Origin: Raja brachyura
Taxonomy: Eukaryota
Direction: 5' to 3'
DNA: 64,000 nucleotides
Assembly (NCBI GenBank): GCA_963514005.1
Contig: OY740799.1
Coordinates: 11,036,001 to 11,100,000 of the forward strand
Part shown: one piece after another, positions 13,325-25,779 of the stretch
How positions within the stretch are numbered: position 1 is the first letter of the stretch
How the letters are laid out: every line of letters starts with the position of its first letter
Translations under genes and position numbers: made by a program
Notes under the pieces: model-generated
Database searches by the model: none
Seen by the model: only the letters and a program-made list of their open reading frames with translations
What the model was told of the DNA's origin: nothing

Positions 13325-15280
13325 GGAGGCATGGAGTAAATGAGGTGCTAGATGAGTATAAAGAATGTAAAAAGAATCTTAAGAAATAAATAAGAAAAGC
13401 TAAAAGAAGATATGAGGTTGCTTTGGCAAGAAAGGTGAAAGTAAATCCAAAGGGTTTCTACAGCTATATTAATAGCAACAGGATAACGAGGGATAAAATT
13501 GGACCATTAGAGAGCCAGAATGGACCGCTATCTGCAGAGCCAAAAGAGATGGGGGAGATATTGAACAATTTCTTTTCTTCGGTATTCACCAAGGAGAAGG
13601 ATATTGAACTCTGTGAGGTAAGGGAAAAAAGTAGAGTAGCTATGGAAACTATGAGATTCAAAGAGGAGGAAGTACTGACACTTTTGAAAAATATAGAAGT
13701 GGTTAAGTCTCCAGGTCCTGACAGGATATTCCCAAGGACATTGAGGGAAGTTAGTGTAGAAATAGCAGGGGCTATGACAGAAATATTTCAGATGTCATTA
13801 GAAATGGGAATAGTGCCGGAGGATTGGCATACTGCGCATGTTGTTCCATTGTTTAAAAAGGGTTCAAAGAATAAACCTAGCAATTATAGACCTGTTAGTT
13901 TGACGTCAGTGGTGGGCAAATTAATGGAAAGGATACTTAGAGATAATATATATCAGCATCTGGATAAACAGGGTTTGATCAAGAACAGTCAACATGGATT
14001 TGTGCCTGGAAGGTCATGTTTGACAAACCTTCTTGAATTTTTTGAAGAGGTTACTAGGGAAATTGATGAGGGTAAAGCAGTGGATGTTGTCTATATGGAT
14101 TTCAGTAAGGCATTTGACAAGGATCCCCATGGAAGGTTGGTTAAGAAGGTTCAATCTTTGGGTGTTAATGGCAGAGTAGCAAGATGGATTCAACAGTGGC
14201 TGAATGGGAGATGCCAGAGAGTAATGGTGGATAGCTGTTTGTCAGGTTGGAAGCTTGTGACGAGTGGGGTGCCTCAGGGATCTGTGTTGGGTCCACTGTT
14301 GTTTGTCATGTACATCAATGATCTAGATGATGGGGTGGAAAATTGGATAAGTAAGTATGCAGATGATACTAAGATAGGGGGTGCTGTGGATAATGAAGTA
14401 GATTTTCAAAGTCTACAGAGAGATTTGGGCCATTTGGAAGAGTGGGCTGAAAGATGGCAGATGGAGTTTAATGCTGATAAGTGTGAGGTGCTACATCTTG
14501 GCAGAACAAATCAAAATAGGACGTACATAGTAAATGGTAGGGAATTGAGGAATGCTGTTGAACAGAGGGATCTAGGAATAACTGTGCATAGTTCCCTGAA
14601 GGTGGAATCGCATGTAGATAGGGTGGTAAAGAAAGCTTTTGGTGTGCTGGCCTTTATAAATCAGAGCATTGAATATAGGAGTAGGGAAGTAATGTTAAAA
14701 TTGTGCAAGGCATTGGTAAGACCAATTCTGGAGTATGGTGTACAATTTTGGTCGCCTAATTATAGGAAGGATGTCAACAAAATAGAGAGAGTACAGAGGA
14801 GATTTACTAGAATGTTGCCTGGGTTCCAGCAACAAAGTTACAGAGAAAGGTTGAACAAGTTAGGTCTTTATTCTTTGGAGCGCAGAAGGTTAAGGGGGGG
14901 GGGGGACTTGATTGAGGTCTTTAAAATGATGAAAGGGATAGACAGAGTTGATGTGGATAAGCTTTTCCCATTAAGGGTAGGAAAGATTCAAACAAGAGGG
15001 CATGACATGATAATTAAGGGACAGAAGTTTAGGGGTAACATGAGGGGGAACTTCTTTACTCAGAAAGTGGTGGCTGTGTGGAATGATCTTCCTGCAGAAG
15101 TGGTGGAGGCAGGATCGATTTTAACATTTAAAAGTAAAGTGGATAGGTATATGGACGGGAAGGGAATGGAGGGGTATGGTCTGAGTGCAGGTAGATGGGA
15201 CTAGGGGAAAATAAATGGTCGGCACGGACTGGAAGGGCCGAGAAAGCCTGTTTCCGTGCTGTAATTGTTATATGGTTAAC
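13325..15280 (+). mobile_element. CR1-clade LINE, 5'-truncated, uninterrupted RT ORF 13423-15204
   Basis: RT motifs [29 protein letters not shown] and YADD, followed by a CR1-type 3' UTR. Confidence 0.95.
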
Positions 15281-16699
15281 AGGCATAATATGTACTGTAA
15301 AAATGCTTGTAGATTTCCTTCCACTAATGGGAAAAAAAGTGATTTATAAGAAGAGGATATTACAGATGGAAGCAATGCCAAGAAGAAAAATGCAAGGAGG
15401 CAGAGACAAATAAAGAGTGGCAGAGGGAGAGAGCAAAGCAGAGACAGACGGACTAGCGGACGTCTCATCCCATTAATGACAATGGTGAAGGTTTGTATGT
15501 GAATCAACTTATTGAACAGTCTGAGGTAGACAAAAAGCTGGAGAATCTCAGCCAGTGAGGCAGCATCTATGGAGCGAAGGAATGGGTGACGTTTCGGGTC
15601 GAGACCCTTCCTCAGACTGCGTCACCCATTCCTTTTTCGCTCCGTAGATGCTGCCTCACCCGATGAGTTTCTCCAGCTTTTTGTCTACCTTCAATTTTTC
15701 CAGCATTTGCAGTTCTTTCTTAAACGTATTGAAGAGTTTGGATTAAGCAATGCAGAAATAAAATTTGAAGTGATTTTAACATCACTCTATAGCTTGTAGG
15801 TCAGTGCGATTGAAGATGTTAAATCCAATTAATTTTGGACATGAATTTGCATAAATATTTGACGGGTGTGTGTATGTGCTAAGTGAGATTGTAACACATC
15901 TGTGGTGTGTGTGTGTCACAGTGAACAGACTGTGATTACAGCGAGCATTCCTGTAGTACAGTTGTTTGACAAGATCACCTCGGGGCATTAAATTGGGTCT
16001 CATCAAACCTCTGGTGACCTGGTGGCATTGTATAAATTGGGCAGGGTCCCAAACTCAGGCGTGAGCTGCAGACGATATGTGTGTTGCAGTGGTTCTGTTG
16101 CTGTTTTTTCACCCACATGTCAAACCCACCATGCCAACATGAGTATTTTAAGTTTTTAAACGCTACTATTTCCGTTGACTGTGAAGCTGTTGGATCAAAT
16201 CTAGTGACAAATCTAGTTTGCTAACTAATAACGTTCGCTATAGTCCACCCATGCTCAGTCTGGGTCACATCCGCCTCCAGTCCCACAGGAATCAGATAAT
16301 CATCAGCTACTCCCTGAAGCTAAGGAGCAAGCAAGTAGCAATTTGAATTTATTTGCTGCAAGAAATAAAAGTCAGATGCATCAGATAAGAAGGCCAATCA
16401 CACCCATCTAAAGCCAACAGGGGAAAGGCAATAAATGATTGTCTTGCCATAACTGTTCACATTGCAAGAATGAATATTAAAGACTCTACTGGGACAGTAG
16501 GAGGTTGGCATAGAGAGATCAAGAGTCTTTAATTGTCTATGTACTGACAACTGATTTTTTTTTTAAACTTTCAGCAGCATAACAGGCCTGCAAACGTAAT
16601 ACACACAGAGAATAAATATTAAGCAAAAAAAATAAAATCTATAACCATAATACTGTGCAAAAATCCTGGTCCTTCGTGCAAACAAACACAAACAATAGA

Positions 16700-17140
16700 T
16701 AGACAATAGGTGCAGGAATAGGCCATTCGGCCCTTCGAGTCAGCACCGCCATTCACCGTGATCATGGCTGATCATCCACAATCAGTACTCCCCGTTCCTG
16801 CCTTCTCCCCATATCCCCTGACTCTGCTATATTTAAGAGCTCTATCTAACTCTCTCTTGAAAGCATCCAGAGAATTGGCCTCCATTGTTTTCCGAGGCAG
16901 AGAATTCCACAGATTCACAACCCTCTGTGTGAAAAAGGTTTTCCTCATCTCCTTTCCTAATGGCTTACCCCATATTCATAAACTGTGCCCCTGGTTCTGG
17001 ACTCCCCCAACATCAAGGACATGTTTCCTGCCTCTAGTGTGTCCAAACCCTTAATAATCTTTTATGTTTCAATAGGATTCCCTCTCATCCTGCAAAATTC
17101 CAGAGTACACAAGCCCAGCCGCTCCATTCTATCAACATAG
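16700..17140 (-). mobile_element. CR1 3' fragment (inverted)
   Basis: Reverse complement of the CR1 C-terminus and 3' UTR (ggtgcaggaataggccattcggcccttcgag). Confidence 0.8.
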
Positions 17141-17204
17141 GACACTGTAGTGATTCAAAGTTGAGGTTAGTGTTGTGTAGCGTTCAAGAGCTTGATGGTT
17201 GTCA

Positions 17205-17620
17205 AGCATGTACTCGCTAGAATTTAGAAGATTGAGGGGGGATCTTATAGAAACTTACAAAATTCTTAAGGTGTTGGACAGGCTAGATGCAGGAAGATTG
17301 TTCCCGATGTTGGGGAGGTCCAGAACAAGGGGTCACAGTTTAAGGATAAGGGGGAATTCCTTTAGGACCGAGATGAGGAAAACATTTTTCACATAGAGAG
17401 TGGTGAGTCTCTGGAATTCTCTGCCACAGAAGGTAGTTGAGGCCAGTTCATTGGCTATATTTAAGAGGGAGTTAGATGTGGCCCTTGTGGCTAAAGGGAT
17501 CAGGGGATATGGAGAGAAGGCAGGTACAGGATACTGAGTTGAATGATCAGCCATGGTCATATTGAATGGTGGTGCAGGCTCGATGGGTCGAATGGCCTAC
17601 TCCTGCACCCATTTTCTATG
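17205..17620 (+). mobile_element. CR1 3' fragment
   Basis: YSLEFRRLRGDLIETYKIL, with a 3' UTR nearly the same as that at 52170-52407. Confidence 0.85.
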
Positions 17621-17675
17621 TCGTTCAAAGGTTGTCTGGAGAGGATTCTGAGGTTTCAGGTATATACTATATATA

Positions 17676-19270
17676 CAGTGGCTTGCAAACGTTTTCATAC
17701 CCCTTGAACTTTTCCATGTTTTGTCACATTACAACCACAAACATAAATGTATTCTATTGGGATTTTATATGATAGACCAACACAACATGGCGCATAATTG
17801 TGAAGTGGAAGGAAAATTATACATGGTTTTTCACTTTTTTTTACAAATAAAAAACTGAAAAGTGTGGCTTGCAAAAGTATTCAGCCCCCTCTGATACCCC
17901 TAAATAATCCAGTGCAACCAATTGCCTTCAGAAGTCAACTAATTAGTAAATAGAGTCCACTTGTGTGTCATCTAATCTCAGTATGAATACAGCTGTTCTG
18001 TGAAGGCCTCAGAGGTTTGTTAGAGGACATTAGTGAACAAACAGCATCATGAAGCCCAGGGAACACACCAGACAGGTCAGGGATAAAGTTGTGGAGAAGT
18101 TTAAAGCAGGGTTAGGTTATTAAAAAAAATCCCAAGCTTTGAATATCTCACGGCGCACTGTTCAATCCATCATCCGAAAATGGAAAGAGTATGGCACAAC
18201 TGCAAACCTACCAAGACATGGTAGGTCCACCTAAACTTACAGGCCAGGCAAGGAGAGCATTGATCAGAGAAGCAGCCAAGAGGCCCATGGTAACTCTAGA
18301 GGAGCTGCAGAGATCCACAGCTCAGGTGGGAGAATCTGTCCACAGGACAACTATTAGTCGTGCACTCCACAAATCGGGCCTTTATGGAAGAGTGGCAAAA
18401 AGAAAGCCATTGTTGAACCAAAGCCATAAGAAGTCCCGTTTGCAGTTTGCCACAAGCCATGTGGGGGACACAGCAAACATGTGGAGGAAGGTGCTCTGGT
18501 CTGATGAGACCAAAATTGAAGTTTTTGGCCTAAATGCAAAACGCTATGTGTGGCAGAAAACTAACACTGCACATCACCCTGAACACACCATCCCCACTGT
18601 GAAACATGGTAGTGGCAGCATCATGCTGTGGGGATGCTTTTCTTCAGCAGGGACAGGGAAGCTGGTCAGAGTTGATGGGAAGATGGATGGAGCCAAATAC
18701 AGGGCAATCTTGGAAGAAAACCTGTTAGAGTCTGCAAAAGACTTGAGACTGGGGCAGAGGTTCACCTTCCAGCAGGACAATGACCCTAAACATACAGCCA
18801 GAGCTACAATGGAATGGTTTAGATCAAAGCATATTCATATGTTAGAATGGCCCAGTCAAAGCCCAGACCTAAATCCAATTGAGAATCTCTGGCAAGACTT
18901 GAAAATTGCTGTTCACAGATGCTCTCCATCCAATCTGACTGAGCTTGAGCTATTTTGCAAAGAAGAATGGGCTCTAGATGTGCAAAGCTGGTAGAGACAT
19001 ACCCCAAAAGACTTGCAGCTGTAATTGCAGCGAAAGGTGGTTCTACAAAGTATTGAGGGGGGCAGAATACTTTTGCACGCCACACTTTTCAGTTTTTTAT
19101 TTGTAATAAAATTTGGAAACCATGTATCATTATCCTTCCACTTCACAATTATGCACCACTTTGTGTTGGTCTATCACATAAAATCCCAATAAAATACATT
19201 TACGTTTGTGGTTGTAACGTGACAAAATGTGGAAAAGTTCAAGGGGTATGAAAACTTTTGCAAGCCACTG
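17676..19270 (+). mobile_element. Full-length Tc1/mariner DD34E transposon, Passport-like, inactivated
   Basis: TIRs of about 210 bp starting CAGTGGCTTGCAAA, with TA on both flanks. Transposase runs from ATG 18049 to TGA 19056 with WSDETK, FQQDND and SPDLNPIE (34 residues between D and E). It has a nonsense codon at about 18121 and two frameshifts, and is inserted inside an older CR1. Confidence 0.95.
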
Positions 19271-19272
19271 TA

Positions 19273-20900
19273 TATGCATTTAGAGAGACAGGGGCTGATT
19301 AGGAATAGACAGCATGGCTTTGTACATGGGAGATCGTGTCTTACGAATCTGATTGAGTGTTGTAAAGAAGTAACCAAAAAGGTTGATGAGGGCAAAGCCA
19401 TAGACATTGTCTACATGGGCTTCAGCAAGACATTTGATAAGGTTCCATATGGTAATCCGCTCGGGAAGGTTAAATCACATGGGATACTGGGTGAGCTAGC
19501 TGACTGGAGAGTGAAATGGCTTCATGGAAGGAAGCAGAGTGTGATGGTGGAAGGTTGTTTTTTGGACTGGAAGCCTGTGATGGTGTGCCTCAGGGACCAG
19601 TGCTGGGCTCAATGCTGTTTGGGGTTTATATCAATAATTTGGATGAGAATGTAGAAGACATGATTAGAAAGTTTGCAGATGGCACGAAAGTGGATGGCAT
19701 CGTAGTGAAGATGTTATCAAAAATTACAGCAGGATCTTGATCATTTGGGCAAATGGGCTGAGGAATGGTTAATGGAGATAAGTGGGAGGTGTTGCAGTTT
19801 GGGAAGTCAAACCAGGGCAGGACCTACACAGTGAATGGTAGGTTCCTGGAGTGTGTTGTAGAGCAGAGGGATCTAGGAGTGCAAGTACATAGTTCCTTGA
19901 AAGTGGCATCAGAGGTAGATAGGGTAGTCAAGAAGGCTAACAGTACGTTGGCCTTTATCAGACAGGGTACTGAATATATAAGTTGTGATGATGTTAGGGG
20001 GCTCTCCTACTGTGGCAAGCTAATCTGCGACCAGGAGGTTAAATGCCCACTACACTTTATTATACTTCTTAAAAGTGTCTCCACTCCTTCCCCCCCCCTC
20101 TCTCCCCCCCCTCTCTCCCCCCCCTTCTCCGCGCTCTGTAAAGGGCTTACCGTACACTGTACAGCCGTCTTTTACCTTCCTCTTCATCGCGGGTGTGAAT
20201 TTCAGACAGCACTCCCCCTCTTTCCCTGGCCCCCGTCTTTGCGATGTGTTTGTTTGTGTGTGTGTGCGCAGTCGGTCGATCCAGCTCGAGGTTTCAACGC
20301 GTGCCCTCGAGTTTGAAGGTCGAAGACACTCTTCTTATCTTGCGGATTAGGTCGCCGCAGTGGGACAGGCCCTTTACAGTTGTACAAGATATTGACGAAG
20401 CTGCCTTTGGGGTAACGTGTTCAGTTTTGGTCACCCTGCTGTAGGAAGCATGTTGTTAAGTGGATAGGATGCAGAGAAGATTTACGAGGATGTTGCCAGG
20501 ACATGAGGGTCTGAGATATAGGGAGAGCTTGGGTGGTTCAGACATTATTCCTTGGAGCACAGAAGGCCGAGAGGTGATCTTAGAGGTGTATAAAATCATG
20601 AGGGGAATAGATAGGGTGAATGTGGTCTTTTACCTAGAGTTGAGGAATCAAGAACTAGAGGACATAGGTTTAAGGTGAGGGGATAGATTTAATAGAAACC
20701 CGATGGAGAAATAAGGAATGAGCTGCCAGAGGTGGTAGTTGAGGCAACAACATTTAAAAGACATTTACACAGGTACATGAATAGAAAAGGCTTAGTGAGA
20801 TTTGGGCCAAACATGGGCAATTGAGACCAGTGTAAATAGGGCATCATGGTCGACATGGGTAGGATGGGCCGAAGGCAGAGTTTCCATGCTGTATGGCTCT
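19273..20900 (+). mobile_element. Degenerate CR1 LINE interrupted by Tc1 and a Harbinger MITE
   Basis: Broken RT pieces in ORFs starting at 19229, 19516, 19765 and 20460 (QHGFVHGRSCLTNL, GVPQG, KFADGTK). Confidence 0.85.
19997..20373. mobile_element. PIF/Harbinger-type MITE
   Basis: Imperfect TIRs (ggggctctcctactgtggc / gccgcagtgggacaggccct) with a TTA target duplication, inside a CR1. Confidence 0.7.
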
Positions 20901-23359
20901 AAAAAGCCGTTCTTGAACCTGGTGGTCACGGTTTCCACTCTTATACCTTCTTCCCGGTGGTAGGAGCAAAATGCAAGCATGGCTAGGGTGTTGGGGGTCT
21001 TTGATGATATTGGTTGGCTTTTAGGACAGCACCTCCTCTAAATCCCTTTGACAGTCAGTAGCTGTGATGGACCGAGCTACTGAGAAGTACTGACCGAGCT
21101 ATAGAGAAGGAAGAGACCCTATATTGAATACTTTTATAACCTTGTCGGCGTGCTTTACATGGCTACTATTGCACACTCGTACTGTATGCAAACAAGGAAT
21201 CTCACTGTACCAAGTACAAGTGACAATAAAGTATCAATCTCTCAATTTGTTCTTTGGCTTTTGACTTGTTGAACTTGACAGGGAAGCAACCAGTCAATAT
21301 GCCCTCCACCGTACAGTCGTCAACCAGGATAATTACCCAAATCACTTTGCTTTAAGCACTTGTGTGCAGAGCCTAAATGAAGATATGGAGTTACCCACGT
21401 GAATGAATATCCTACCAGCGCTCATTTTGCTTAATCAGTAGCTGGAGAGCAGCCACTTGGCACGAGGTACTAAGACAGGGACTGACACTCAGCACTATAC
21501 TATACCTAACAAAAAATAATCGATCTAACATTAATTCACTTTGGGATGACTTTTTTTGGACATACTGTGCAGCTGACAGTGCATTGCGCTAATGAATTTG
21601 TCAGCTGTCAGACAAATTAGATTTCCCCTCTTCTCAGTTATACTTCTAGCTTTGATATTAATCATTCTGGAACTGAGCAGAGCTTTGGTTACAGAAGATG
21701 AAAAGAATCAAGACTTTATTATTGCCATTGACCTTGTGCAAGCGTCAGACATTAGTTATATGTGAGGCGTGGTTCTAACACAGCACGATGGGATGTACAA
21801 GGTCTATTCTCACTATCTCATGAGCAAAGCAACCTAAAGTAGCAATGGCATCTTAAAACTCACCTGCCAGGAGATTGTGTGTTGGAAAAACACTGTTACT
21901 GAAATAACTGCTCCAGTTTACCTGAACCCTTCAGAACTCTATTTGTCTCCTTCTTTGCATTCCTGGACAGTGTCCAACGCAAATGCCTGTAATGTGATCT
22001 TACTCTCATTTCCAGCCTCTCTTTCTCTGCCAAAACACAGACCTGAATCTCAGCGAGGCTAAAGAAAAAGAGATTTAGTCAAAGCATCAGCTCATCAAGG
22101 ACAACCTGCAGGATAGTGGACAAAACGCAAAGTGCTGGAGGAACTCAGGCAGCACCTGTGGAGGGAATGGACAGGTGACGTTTCAGTTCAGGGTCCTTCT
22201 TCAGACTGGTCGTAGTAGGGTGGAGGAAGCTGGAAATGAGATGTGTGGGTGGGACAAAACCTGGCAAACGATAGGTGGATAGACACAAAGCGCAGGAGTA
22301 TCTCAGTAGGTCAGGCAGCATCTCTGGAGAAAATGGATGGGTGACGTTTTGGGCCGGGACTCTTCAGGCGAGCGGGAGGGGGGAGTGGTTTCATTGGCGG
22401 ATGGGCGGAGTAAATATCAAAGGCTTGAGTGAAAAGGAAACAAAAGGGTATTGGAAAAGAGGAGGGGAATGTAAAGTCAAGTTCCATGCTGGTACATTCT
22501 ATACATATGAATCATCAGCAGGCATCGACCTCTCACAGACCCACGAGCCACCTCCATCCTTAAACAAGATCATGGCTAATCTAATTCTAACCACATTCCT
22601 GCCTACATGAGGCACTTTTCACCTCTTGCTTAGCACGGATACCTGCATCTGCCGTAAAACATTTAAAGACTGTCTGCCTTCACTGTTCTTTCGGGAAGAG
22701 TTCCAAAGACCCAACCGAGGAAAGATATTTCACCTCTGTTATCTTAAATTATATTTCCACAATGACACTAGTTCCAGATTCTTCTACAAAACATCCACTC
22801 CACATGAATCTATTCACAACCTTTCTGGAGTGCACGTTTTAATCAACTCTTCTCTCACTCTTCTAAACTCCCTGCCTGTCTGACCTTTCCCCACAGGACC
22901 ACCCACCAACTCCATCTATCAGTCTAGTTCACCTCTCTGAACTGCTTCTCCTGCTTTTATATGGTTCCTTAAATAAGACCAAAGCTGTACACAGTACTCC
23001 AGACTCACCACTATCCCATGTAACTATTATTATGTACTCTATACTCCATGTCTATACTCGTTTTCACATAGGCCACAGCTAAAAATGGCCTGTTTCATAT
23101 GGTCATAGGAATAGGTTAGAATTAGGCCATTCGGCCCATCAAGTCTATTCCGCAATTCTATCTCTCCCTCCTAACCGCATTCGCCTGCGAGTAAGGGTGG
23201 AGATAAATTCAACAGCTGGCATACTTGGCTATCTCCAACAATCTGGGAGGTTCTAATGTGTGCTCAGGTTCCTGAAGTTAGACTTAAATCCTCAATCTCT
23301 TGATTTAGAAGCAAATATGCCAACAAATGATTCTACACATAAATAAGCAACTTGCAATA

Positions 23360-24325
23360 GGAGGCCTCAATGGGCCTGACTATGGGTGGACATGGGATGG
23401 GGACTCGACATTGGGTCTTCCCTCATAATGGGAACCATTGTGGGGGGATGTTTTTTATGTTTAAATCTCTTCATTATTGTTATGTCTGTATTCTTTTTAG
23501 GGGGCCTGTATGGTATGGCTGCCCATTAGGGGGCGCTGTCCTGTATGGTATGGCTGCCCAGCCTGCAGCTGTTCGTTTTTTCACTCTTTTTTTTAATTTT
23601 TAATGAATTTTAGTGTTTTGCTTTTGGAGTTCTAGTCTTTTTTATGTGGGGGGTGGAAAGGGGGAAAACTACTTTTCAGGGTCCCTACCAGTTCGGAGAG
23701 GCAGCTTTGCACCGGGCTGCACTTTCGACCCCTCCTCGCAGCCTACCAGCGGGCCTGGAGCGGCGTTTCCTGAGGGGACCGCCCAGAACCTCGGCTTCGG
23801 CAGCGGCACAGCGCCGGAGTGCCATTGCGGAGCGGGCGATGCCTTGCCCGGGTCGCCGCGCTGGAACTCCGGTGAGCTGAGATCGCCGAGAAAAACATCA
23901 CGCAGCTGCGGGCGGCTGCGCTGACTTTAACATCAGGAGCCTGGGATCACGAGAGGTGGAGCTCCATCCAGCGCGGCCTTTTTGGCTTTGGAAGACGCAG
24001 TCTCCAGTAAGGAAGCGGCCGTTCCAGGTGTCCCAAGCCGCTGAGGGGATTCTCCCGAGGCCAGAGCACCATCACCTGGCGAGAACAGCCTGGAACATCG
24101 GGACTCCATGAAGGCGACTGCGGAGGCCTCAATGGGCCTGACTATGGGTGGACATGGGATGGGGACTCGACATTGGGTCTTCCCTCATAATGGGAACCAT
24201 TGTGGGGGGATGTTTTTTATGTTTAAATCTCTTCATTATTGTTATGTCTGTATTTTTTTTTAATGTGCTGCATTGGCAAGAAGCATTTCACTACACCAAT
24301 TGGTGTATGTGACTAATAAATAACT
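23360..24325 (+). mobile_element. GC-rich non-autonomous retroposon with 133-bp direct repeats and LINE-type tail
   Basis: 23360-23492 is identical by eye to 24122-24254. The 3' tail reads gcatttcactacaccaattggtgtatgtgactaataaa. Confidence 0.55.
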
Positions 24326-24629
24326 TTTTATAAACCTTTATTGAATCTTTTGAACCTGAGTTGCTACAAGTCCTAGTCCTCACATGTAGGTTCAATTAGA
24401 AAGTGTTGCTGCTTTACTCTGTTTTGGAAATCTCTAATTTTTGAAAACATAATGTGATCAGAAGAGCAATAAATAGCAATACTAACACAGAGAACAAATA
24501 ATCAGAACAATGACTTCATTTACTTAAAATAAAAGCAATAATTTAAAAAAAGATTAGAATTTATTTGACACCATTCATTTCTCAAGCCCTGTTCTTGAGG
24601 TCTTCCCAGCCAATTACCTTTGAAAGGTA

Positions 24630-24832
24630 TTAAAGAAGGAACTGCAGATGCTGGAGAATCGAGGGTTACACAAAAAGCTGGAGAAACTCAGCGGGTGCAG
24701 CATCATCAAAGGAGCGAAGGAGATAGGCGACGTTTCGGGTCGAGACCAGTCTGAAGAAGGGTCTCGACCCGAAACGTCGCCTATCTCCTTAGATGCTGCT
24801 GCACCCGCTGAGTTTCTCCAGCTTTTTGTGTA
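24630..24832. mobile_element. Penelope-derived inverted short insertion with hammerhead core
   Basis: Inverted pair of the common repeat. CTGAAGA-AGGGTCTCGACCC-GAAACGTC lies at 24751-24778. Flanking duplication acctttgaaaggta. Confidence 0.7.
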
Positions 24833-25779
24833 ACCTTTGAAAGGTAGTTACCATTGGGAATATTTGTGCACAGAATGATTTCATTAAACAAAGGACAGGC
24901 CAAAAGGTCTAGTTTAGCAGTAAATGCTGGCCGGGAATCCACATTCATCTTCACTTCTGAAGAAGGGTTTTGACCCGAAATGTTGCCTATTTTCTCCGCT
25001 CCACAGGTTCTGCCTCACCCACTGAGTTTCTCCAGCATTTTTGTCTACTTTCATCTTCACATATATTTGGATAGGGTCTTCAACATTACATTCTGCAAAA
25101 GATTGGATGGCTTTGGTATAAATCTCATCCTTATGTATCAGTCTGGATCTTGTTCTCAAGACTCAGCCATCTTAGAACTAACCGCCTGCCCTGCTGGTAA
25201 GAAATGACTAAAATCACTGCAAAATTAAGCCTCGCATTTGCCTAAAGGAGATTTAGTGAAGCTCGATTGTCAACTTCTGATTAAATTGCCTCACAGTGCG
25301 GATGTGAATGGTGAGAGAAATTAAGGTAGGCCACTCAGAAGCTGCTTAAATCTTTAAAATAAAGATTTGGAAAAAAAATAATAGTAAATTGATATGTGAT
25401 AATCAAGTATATTTACCTAATCTGACCCCATACCTATTGGGAAGGAATTTTCAATATTACAAATATTAATGGACAAGAAATATTTCTACCATCTGAGGTA
25501 GCATTCAACTAATGGTATCATTAGAAAAATGGTCTGATTATTTAAAGTATAAAGGCTGTCTATGATTTGCTTTTGTCTCACATGATTTGCTTTTCAGCAG
25601 AAACCTCCTCCCAGTTATTGCAAGCAAGATGATCTGACCAGCAGAGAGAGAGAGAGAGTGAGAGAAAAAAGCTCTAAAAAATTACAATTCCAATTGGAAA
25701 GCACACGGGCTGAGGGAGGGACAGGTCCTTCCTGAGGGTCCCTCCCTCTGCTGTGCTGAAGATGAGGAGAGCCAGCTCT

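Noticed and set aside
21863-21986. Exon-like minus-strand segment with good acceptor and gtgagt donor
   Set aside because: Stops in all three frames. It could be a UTR exon but cannot be supported.
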